64,000 nucleotides of DNA. Origin: Schmidtea polychroa (Eukaryota). The stretch is from NCBI GenBank assembly GCA_044892525.1, contig CM097885.1, positions 23,004,001-23,068,000 on the forward strand. The letters are read 5' to 3'. Both the position numbers and the translations under genes were made by a program. Below are positions 47,820 to 64,000 of the stretch, one piece after another; position 1 is the first letter of the stretch; each line of letters begins with the position of its first letter. The notes beneath the pieces are model-generated. The model was given only the letters and a program-made list of their open reading frames with translations. It made no database searches and was not told where the DNA came from.

Positions 47820-48570
47820 ATCAATCCATTTTATAGAAAATTAAATTTTATCTCTATAATATATGAATAAATATACAAGGAAATTACGTTAGCTGTATGA
47901 AAAATACAAATTTATCGTAAAAACATGTGTGTGTATTACACACAACATACGTGACATAATTTTTAATCAAGCTATTTTATAGAAAATTAAATTTTATCTA
48001 TATAATATATGAATAAATATACAAGGAAATTACGTTAACTGTATGAAAAATACAAATTTATCATAAAAAACATGTGTATATTATACACAAAACAAGATAC
48101 ATAATTTCTAATCAATCCATTTTATAGAAAATTAAATTTTATCTCTATAATATATGAATAAAATCCTAAGAACATTACGTTAACTATATGAAAAATACAA
48201 ATTTATCGTAAAAACATGTGTGTATTACACAAAACATACGAGACATAAATTTTAATCAATCCATTTTATAGAAAATTAAATTTTATCTATATATTATATG
48301 AATAAAATCCTAAGAACATTACGTTAACTATATGAAAAATACAAATTTATCGTAAAAACATGTGTGTATTACACACAACATACGAGACATAAATTTTAAT
48401 CAATCCATTTTATAGAAAATTAAATTTTATCTATATAATATATGAATAAAAATCCAAGAAAATTACGTTAACCGCGCGAAAATACAAATTTATCGTAAAA
48501 ACATGTGTGTATTACACACAAAGCGACAAACTAAAGTTTTAATTGAGCCATTTTGTAGAGAATTAAATTC
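47820..48570. repeat. ~145-bp tandem array (five units plus a partial) in the left arm; one unit plus a partial in the right arm (~49010-49180)
   Basis: TTTT(A/G)TAGA(A/G)AATTAAATT at 47829, 47975, 48120, 48264, 48408 and 48551. Confidence 0.9.
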
Positions 48571-48669
48571 TGCCTATACATTGTTACACTTAAATCCCAA
48601 TCGAACAAAGAGAAAAGAGAGAAAAAGAGAGAGAAAAAACAGTAGAGTAGGGTATTGTGTGGACCCGGG

Positions 48670-48911
48670 TGAAACCTTTGCATAGATCTCTTCAAGACCT
48701 TACGAATGATGTGAATAAAATATAATTAAAATTTTAAAATACCGCAACGTAATATAAATTTAAAAAAAAAAAAATTTAAAAAAAAAAAAATTTAAAAAAA
48801 AAAAATTTAAAAAAAAAATTAAAAAAAAAAAAAAAAAAAAAATACCCCCCGGGGAGGAGGTATGACTCATATGTCTTTGTGACGTCATCGATGACGTCAT
48901 ATGTCTTTGTT
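48670..48911. other. Unique central spacer (loop) of the palindrome
   Basis: Bounded on both sides by CCCGGG; contains A-tracts, CCCCCCGGGG, TGACTCA and the perfect 20-bp palindrome TGACGTCATCGATGACGTCA (48880-48899). Confidence 0.9.
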
Positions 48912-49948
48912 CCCGGGTCCACACAATACCCTACTCTACTGTTTTTTCTCTCTCTTTTTCTCTCTTTTCTCTTTGTTCGATTGGGATTTAAGTGTAACAA
49001 TGTATAGGCAGAATTTAATTCTCTACAAAATGGCTCAATTAAAACTTTAGTTTGTCGCTTTGTGTGTAATACACACATGTTTTTACGATAAATTTGTATT
49101 TTCGCGCGGTTAACGTAATTTTCTTGGATTTTTATTCATATATTATAGAGATAAAATTTAATTTTCTATAAAATGGATTGATCTAGAGTTTAAAATGTTG
49201 TATTATTTTATTACTTTGTTGCAATATTTTTATAATCTTATAACAATTTGCTTAAATATTTTACATCTGGTGAAATATTTCCGAAATATGTTATTACTTT
49301 GTTGTAATTTACTGAAAGACTTCACAATTTATTACAATATTCTTTTTAATTTGTTGTCCGTCTTCGAAATAATGTATTGATTTGTCCCAATTAACATCAT
49401 TATTTTATTACTTTGTTGCAATATTTTTATAATCTTATAACAATTTGCTTAAATATTTTACATCTGGTGAAATATTTCCGAAATATGTTATTACTTTGTT
49501 GTAATTTACTGAAAGACTTCACAATTTATTACAATATTCTTTTTAATTTGTTGTCCGTCTTCGAAATAATGTATTGATTTGTCCCAATTAACATCATTAT
49601 TTTATTACTTTGTTGCAATATTTTTATTATTTTAGTTACAATTTGATAAATATTTTACAACTTTGTTGAAATTTTCTGAAATATGTTACTACTTTGTTGT
49701 AATATTTTCTAATCTTGTTACAATTTGCTTAAATATTTTACAACTGTTGAAAATTTATCTGAAATATGTTATTACTTTGTTACAATTTATGAAAACGTTA
49801 TTACTGTTTTGCAATTTGATGAAAAATGATATTACTTTGTGGGTTCATCGCATTATTTTTTATTAAATTATTATGAAAATGTCGAATGTCAACTTTATCA
49901 TTAAAATGTGTTTTAAAATTTAAGTTTTAAAATACTGCAACGTAATGC

Positions 49949-50085
49949 ATTTATTTTTCCTACTCCTTCCTTGATTTTGATTGGTCAGAATATATTTATT
50001 TTTCCTACCCCTTCCTTGATTTTGATTGGTCAGAATGTAATCATGTGTAATATATAAGCAGTAACTTTTCAAATGTTTGTCATTT
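49949..50085 (+). promoter_or_regulatory. Putative Pol II promoter of right polB (mirrored at ~46960-47055 for the left copy)
   Basis: Reverse CCAAT boxes (ATTGG at 49980 and 50025), TATATAAG at 50051, and Inr-like TCATT at 50080, about 30 bp downstream of the TATA. Confidence 0.6.
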
Positions 50086-50108
50086 AAACTTTTAATTTAA
50101 CTTATATA

Positions 50109-53100
50109 AGTGAATAAATTTTTATTCTCTATCTAATATTAATGATTATTTTCTTTTAGTGAACGGATGCAGTTTATATAAATTTTGTATTGCCGAAAGT
50201 CATGAAGATGTGGAGAACTGTAAATCAGTTACATCATCATATTTCAAGATAAATGACTCTACCTTATCGGGTTACATATGTCCGGAATGTCTCATTATAT
50301 CACCAGGTAGGTGGTTAATGTTTGTACGACAACACGGACACCATCTTAGAAGATTCGAAGAAACGAAGAGCAGGATGATCACTAAAAGTAATACTCTTTC
50401 TACTATTAACAATTATTAATTTTTTATAGTACAATCGAAAATGAATACATCATACGATCCTAAGCAGATTAAAGAATATGTTACAAGTTATGTTATTTAA
50501 GTTGTTTAATATTAATTATAAATATAGTTAGACAAAACTCTGGCACCACAAAACGAAAGTCAATATTTTACGGAAATGGAGACTCTAACATACAATTGTG
50601 TCCACGTCGGGAGTCTGACTTAAATGGTTCTCGTGTTGAATTGACAAGCGATGTATCTGCAATTAATTCTCCTGACATTGTTGTTCCAGATTGTCTCATC
50701 AAAGAAATAGAAGATCATATTCAACGAATGGGTACAGTAAAAATCCAATTTGGACTTTGTGCAGAGTTTATCAAAGAGGATGGTGAAATTAAAAAATGGT
50801 GTTTGTCGAATAAAGCAATTACAATGTCATCTTCATTTATTAATGATGGAATTGAAAAATTAAAAGAAAAGTTGGAAAAATACACTCAACAAAGTAGTGG
50901 GTGGAGAATTCATAAAATATTAGAAGTTACTATGATTTTAACTAAATTATCAGACATAATACATGTATCTGGTAAGTTTATTTACATTATTATATATATA
51001 AATCAAGATATTTACTTAGGTTCAAGTTACATTAAAACGCCAAATTACCTGAAAAACTGTCAGGCTTTAGTTAATGTTCAAAATAATGATCAATTCTGCT
51101 TTTTATATAGCATACTGGCCGTATTACATTATGATGACATAAAACATCACAGAGAAAGAGTAATGAAATATAATTTAAGTGGTAATATATATATATATAA
51201 TGTCATATATCATTGAAATTTGTTTTTAAGACTTAAAATGGAAATTTGAATGGTTTCCGATGAAGTTGGTTAACATTTGCCAATTTGAAGCAATGAATCC
51301 AAATCTAGCGATCAATGTTCTCAAATATAATAAAGATCCAATTAAACAAAAAACTAATGATATTTTCAAGAATCCGTTCGTTGACTTGGTATATAGAAGT
51401 ACTTCGACGGGATCTCGGATATATCTCCTATTGATTGAAGAAGGTAATATTTCTTTTAATCATTAAAAATATTAACTAAATTTTAGAATTAAATTATCAT
51501 TTTTTGGCTGTAACTAATCTCGATCGACTGCTGAATTACAGAGATAGAGTAGAAGGAGTCAGAATCCAATCACATTGGTGTCATACATGTCTTCATGGGT
51601 TTCAAAAACGTCCTGCTTTTGAAAGACATATAGGTCTTTGTAGGAAGAATGTGGAGCGTACGACTCTATACTCAATGCCAGAGAATAAATATATCGAATT
51701 TAAAGACTGGAGTAAAACTATAAAACAGCAGTTTGTTGTCTACGCGGACTTTGAATCGATATTACCTCTAGATGACAAACACTTCCAAAAACATGAGCCG
51801 ATTGCATCTGAATTTGTGCTTCTTCATCAAGGTTGTCCGATCCGAAATGAAACATTTGTTGGGAAAAACTGTATCATTCAGTTCATACAAGCATTGGATG
51901 ATATAGCTACAGACATAGTTTATCCGTGGTATAAAATTAATGGATCAAAGGAAATGATGGAACTCACTTGGGAACAGCAGGAAGAATTCACGACTCAAAC
52001 TCATTGCTACCTTTGTAAAAAGATTATCAATATACCTGTTCGAGATCATGATCATTTTACTGGTCAATATCTCGGAGCAGCGTGTCAAGATTGTAATTTG
52101 GCTAGAAGAATCAATCCGTCTTTACCTGTTGTATTTCATAATCTTCGTGGATATGACATTCATCATATATTAAAATATGCAATTGGAAAATTCCCCGATT
52201 GGAATTTAATTGTTATTCCTCAATCAACAGAAAAGTTTCTCACACTTACAGCGACATCGAAAGGCAGAAGAATTAGATTCATTGATTCTTTACAATTTTT
52301 AAATAGCAGCTTGGCAAATTTATCAAAAAACTTGCCACGTCTTCCACTTACTTCAAAGATTTTCAATTCGCATTTAATAACTGGTAAAGGCATATTTCCT
52401 TATGATATGGCTACATCAATGGATGTTTTACAGTCAATAACAGAATTACCACCGATTTGGGAGGGAGTTAGTCAAGAAGATTATATACATGCAAATCGAA
52501 TCTGGCGACAATACAACTGTGAGACACTGCTAGATTACATGCTAGTATATCTCAAGTTGGATGTTTTTCTGTTGGCCGATGTTTTTGAAGCTTTCAGAGA
52601 AAAAACATTTGACGAAGATGGACTTGAGGCTCTATCGTTTGTTTCCATACCCGGATTAAGTTGGGCATCAGCTATTAAACAGTTACCTGAACCAGTAGAA
52701 CTTATTCAAGATCCAGAGCTTTACCGTTTATTTGAAGCTGGTATTCGTGGTGGAATGACATTTATCAACAAACATCATGTTGAAGCTGATGAATCAACAC
52801 AAATGTCATACCTAGATGTTAATAATTTATATGGATGGGCGCTGTCGCAAAAACTTCCTGTTGGTGAATTTAGATGGATAAATGATCAGACTGAAATGAA
52901 TGGTATTGTTGAAAGATGTGCAAATGGGGATAAGTTTGATGGAGATCTTGGATATGTTCTAGAGGTTGACATCGTCATTCCTGATAGTATACAAGATAAA
53001 CTAGATGATTTACCTATAGCTCCTGAGCTTTGTTATCCACCTGGTAGTAAAGTTGAAAAGCTGTTGTTAACTCATGAGCCTAAGAAAAACTATGTAGTTA

Positions 53101-54092
53101 ATGGTAGAGTTTTGACAGAGTGGTTGAGTTACGGCGCAAAAGTCACAAAAGTTAATCGTGCTGTAGAATTCAAGCAAGTGGCTATTTTCAAAGGTTATAT
53201 TGATTACAATACCAAAATGAGAGCAGCTAGTACAGATTCGTTTCAGCGAGATTATTATAAGTTAAAGAACAACAGTTTATACGGTAAAACTGTGGAAAAC
53301 TTGAAGAAACGTATAAATTTGAGATTATGCAGCAAAAGCAAAAGATTGATAACTTATTGTAGTAATCCTATGTTTCGTCGTAGCATCAAGATTGCGGATG
53401 ATCTCATTGCTGTTATACTCAATAAGGAAATTGTGTGTTTAGATAGACCAATGTATATTGGACAAACCGTACTTGATTTATCCAAACTTCGCATGTACCA
53501 GTTTCAATATAAAGAACTACAGAGTTATAGAGAAGAATTCAATTGTCAAATTAATATCGTAGCCGGTGACACAGATTCCTTCTTTTTAGAGTGTAAAAAT
53601 GTAGATTTACGCTTACAACTATATCCAAAAATGATTGCCGATGGGCTCCTAGATACTTCAAATTATCCAGTGACTGATCCATTGTTCTCAGATAAAATTT
53701 GTTCGGTAATCGGGAAATTCAAGGATGAGAATAAAGGAAATCAATATAAAGAATGGGTGTTTCTTCGACCCAAGTGCTACTCACTCCAAGGCGATAAAAA
53801 CACTCTAAAAGCCAAAGGAATAAGACTTACAAACTCTAATCTTACACATGAAGCCTATAAAAAAGTGTATACTGATGGTGGAACAGTGAGCATCCCACAA
53901 AAAAGAATAGGAAGTGTCAATCATCAGTTGTATACTTTCATGACAGAAAAACGAGCTCTCCAATGTTTGGACGATAAAAGGTATTGGTACAATTGTAATG
54001 AAAGTTATGCCTACGGTCACTATAAGATTCGCCAAATGCATATTGCAACTGCTATGTCTAGAAATGAATGCAAATCGAAACAAGCACTTTAA
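50109..54092 (+). CDS. polB: Protein-primed family-B DNA polymerase, right copy, spliced (predicted 1236 aa)
   Basis: Exons 50109, 50160-50387, 50430-50486, 50528-50971, 51020-51181, 51231-51443, 51487-54092 join in frame (3711 nt). Motifs: SSGW, GSSYIKTP, VNVQNNDQFCF, C2HC finger, ExoI YADFES, endonuclease-VII-like CxxC..RDHDH.TG..LGAAC..CNL, ExoII FHNLRGYD, FIDS, KGIFPY, ExoIII YLKLDV, RGG, Pol A YLDVNNLYG, Pol B KLKNNSLYGK, Pol C GDTDS, PKCY, KAKG. Confidence 0.92.
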
Positions 54093-56168
54093 CAATTAAA
54101 TTTATGTGAATAATAAAATATATATTGTGAATTGTTTGACTTAGTTAATTAAAATGTGTTTTATCATTTAATTATTCATTTGTCCAATTAATTTAGATAA
54201 TTAGTTTCAAGTAAGAAATATTATTTTTGTGTTTATTTTATTTATTTATTTATTTTTTCCGAAATATTAATATCCAGTTTATCTAAAATTAACTCAGCGT
54301 TTTATTTTATAATAAATTAAATAATTTCTAATTAAAATTTATTCAAATTGAATAATTACTAATTAAAATTTTATTCAAATTGAAATATTATCGTTATAAT
54401 TTACCTCTTGTTAGAATATAATGTAAATGTAAAATTAAAAAAAAAAAAATAAAAAAAAAAATAAAAATAAAAAAAAAAAAATAAAAAAAAATAATAATAA
54501 TAAATAAAATAATAAAATAATAAAATAATACTAAAATAAAAGCATAATAAAATAATTAATTAAGAAAATTAAAAAGAAAAAAAAAATAAATAGAAGTAAT
54601 TAAATAAAATTAAAAAATAAATAAATTAATTAAAAAAAAAAAAATAAAATAAAAAAAAAAAATAATAATAATGATAATAATAATTAAATAGCGTAAGTAA
54701 TTAAAATAAAATATTAATAAACTAAATAAATTAATTAAATGTAATAAATTAAAATAAAACATAATAAAATAATTAATTAATAAAATTAAAATGAAAAAAA
54801 AAAAAAAAAAAAAAAAAAAATTAAAAAGAAGTAATTAAATAAAATGTTAATTAAAAAAAAATGATTCGATTGACCTATATTTGATCTGGACATTGGGATG
54901 ACCTTGAAAGTGTCCTGGAGTCCTTACTATTCACTACTTTTTATTGCGACTAATCAAATACTTTTTTCTTGTTTGACAAACTTTTGACATTGCCTTCATT
55001 AAGATTATGTTACACATTCATCCACAGTCACAATGAAAATACATGAAATGCCTTAAGATTACAATTCATAATAAAAGCATCGATATATTACTGATTTATA
55101 GTCTTCAAGCTCTCTTTTTAATAAATTCAATGGAAAAAATAATCAGTTATGAAATTGGAAAAAAAGGTTCTTATAATATTAGAAACAGGGAAGAAGAAAA
55201 AACAGGAAAATAAAACTTGTTTGGTTAAAATATATATTTTGCAAAGGAAATCGCACTAAGAATTTATTTCTGAATACATCTTATTGATAAGTCTTTGTAA
55301 AGCTTCTGATAAATAAATAAACTAAAACTTCATATAATAAATTTTATTTAAATAAATTCTGCAATATGCATTCTTCAATACTATGCGAATCTGTTTAATA
55401 AAGATTTTCATGAAGAATTGCATTTGTTCTCAAATTGATTCGTATTTCTTAACTTCCGAAATTCTTTTTTTTCTAATTCGAGCATAGTTCTCTTCCCTGA
55501 TATCTTTTTGTATTATTAAAGCAATCCTCTCTTCTTCATTATTTTAAAGATAATTTAGGAAGTTTTTTTATATTTTTAATAAAATATTTGTTTTAACCAT
55601 ATAAAGAAGAATATTACACGTAAATCTAAATATTTTAATGGAGAATCATAATTTTAGTTTGATGATAATATTATTTAAAGTATTAGGGGCTCTGCCCCTG
55701 TTCGCTTCGCTTCAACAACCCCGTTAGAACGTGGGGTTAATGTTAAAGTTAATATCCAGAGAATTCTTGGACAGGAGTAAGATTCAGTTTATTAATATGT
55801 TTACATAACTATGATAAAAGATAATAGCATTAACCGTTATTAAGTAATATAGAACGATAAGTACAAAAGAATAAATACTTCATAAAAAAAATATAAAAAA
55901 AAATTAAATAAAATAAAATAAAAAAAGGTAAAATTCGGATAGAGGGGACCCTTAGCTTTTTATATATAGAGAGATGCCTGGGCGACCAACTGCTCATGAG
56001 CCGTAGGCAGCTTTCGGCGGAATAATTTTATGCGCCTTTGAGCATAATATCATTTTTATATTAATATTTAAATTTTTATATTTATGAAAAGAAATTTATT
56101 TTTTTGCGATTCATTTTATTTTAATATTTTTAAAATTGGATCCCGCATTGTTTGCTGTTGGTCAGGCC

Positions 56169-56336
56169 CAGTGCTCGAAGTGAGGCGGGATAGCCGGGAT
56201 ATTATCCCGGCATTGATTATGTAGGCGGAATTGCATCCCGGCACTTCATTTCATATAATCTATAGGTTTATCCCGGTACTTATTTCATTTTATAGGCACA
56301 CAAATACTGCAATTAAGGTCACACATAGTACATCCA

Positions 56337-56405
<69 letters not shown>

Positions 56406-56683
56406 TTTATTCTCTATTCTCTATTCAATTAAGAATTTCCCAAGCAGCAGTAATGGATAGGTAGGTATATTCTCTTATTTATTTTAGTTAAACCAGCAAG
56501 TTGTTTGTTGAGTTATTTATACTGCGACCCCCTCTATATATAATGTGTCTATATATAAAATTTGTTGGACACCCCCCAAAGTTTTGCAACACACCCAACT
56601 GAAAATTTCTGCATAAAAGCCTGGAATCCCGGGTGCCACAGCATGCCTATCCCGGCACATATTTTGTTCCACTTCGAGCACTG
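56169..56683. mobile_element. hAT-type MITE
   Basis: TIR CAGTGCTCGAAGTG / CACTTCGAGCACTG; 8-bp TSD GTCAGGCC. Confidence 0.9.
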
Positions 56684-56887
56684 GTCAGGCCTGAATTAGT
56701 GAGTCATTAAACTTGAAAGGTTAACTATTTTGTAAGCTTGGTTGGTCATAAAGATTAGTTTTAATAGAGTTATGGCGCAAATGTAAGCAAGTTATAGTCA
56801 CAATTTTAAAAATTTATATTTTTTGATTTAATTATTAAAATCCCAAAATAAATTAAATTAATTAATTGAAATTTCAATAAATTCTAG

Positions 56888-63267
<6,380 letters not shown>

Positions 63268-63856
63268 GTAAGATTAAATGATTTTTATTTTATTTTTCAT
63301 TTTGAAACTTTTATTTGGGGGTCATTATTTATCCAAGATGTCTATTTATTAAAATATTTTGTAAATCAATATTTATGTTTGGTACATAATACGCCTAAAC
63401 CTCGATTTGCGTCGTTTTCGAAGTTACGTCGTTAAAATTTCAATTTGCATTGTTAAATTTTAATAATTTTTTAAGATGTAAAATTTCCAGAGACCGCAAA
63501 TAAAATTTATTTTGAAATAAATTTTAAAGTTTAAAATGAATTAAATTAATGAATTTAGCGAACTTTTGTTTTAATTTAATAATTTTTTAAGTTTTTTTAT
63601 TTAATGTATTGTTTTAATTTATGACGAATTAAAGTTTTTGTTGATATTCATACACTTATGATATAAAAACATGTTTTTATTAATAAAATTTGGTTTATTT
63701 TCATGAAATTGACTACAAGATACCAAATAATGAAAATCTAGTATAAACACATACGATAAACGATTTCGATTTGCGTCATCTTTTTACTGTCCCAATTAAC
63801 GACGCAAATTAAGATTTAGGTGTATTTTTAAAGTTAATATGTAAATTGTAGTATTA

Positions 63857-63986
<130 letters not shown>

Positions 63987-64000
63987 TATTATTATCATTA

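Larger units (their letters stand above)
42104..54938. mobile_element. Palindromic Polinton/Maverick-like element carrying two divergent pPolB genes
   Basis: Ends AGTAGTGAATAGTAAGG / CCTTACTATTCACTACT; 6-bp TSD TTTTAT (42098-42103 and 54939-54944); arms 42104-48669 and 48912-54938 are reverse complements and the ORF set is mirrored. Confidence 0.93.

Noticed and set aside
47820..48570. Regular repeat array as a CRISPR-like locus
   Set aside because: Whole units are repeated with no unique spacers, there are no cas genes, and the context is eukaryotic.
47136..49866. Small mirrored ORFs (60-100 aa) in the element centre as integrase/capsid remnants
   Set aside because: They derive from tandem repeats and A-tracts and contain no recognisable motifs.
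42104..54938. Palindrome as a pure assembly fold-back artefact
   Set aside because: Direct TSD, unique flanks, a unique spacer and arm-specific indels and a SNP argue against it; read-level confirmation is still needed.

Overview
Very AT-rich eukaryotic DNA with short (~40-55 bp) GT-AG introns and abundant (AAT)n microsatellites. The style suggests a flatworm such as a planarian, but that is inference. Host genes, all on the + strand: a multi-exon TRPM2-like channel with a C-terminal NUDT9-homology domain (<1-27016), a small ankyrin-repeat gene (~32064-38432), and the 5' part of a tandem TRPM paralogue (~56888->63267). Introns and intergenic DNA carry an intact Buster-type hAT transposon nested in a MULE remnant, several MITEs, mariner/Tc1/hAT relics and a solo LTR. 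The standout is a 12,835-bp element at 42104-54938 with Polinton/Maverick-type ends (5'-AGTAGT...ACTACT-3') and a 6-bp target-site duplication (TTTTAT). The whole element is a near-perfect palindrome: arms of 6566 and 6027 bp around a 242-bp spacer. Each arm encodes only one recognisable product, an outward-facing protein-primed family-B DNA polymerase (predicted 1236 aa) split by six tiny phase-1 introns. No integrase, capsid, ATPase or protease is present.
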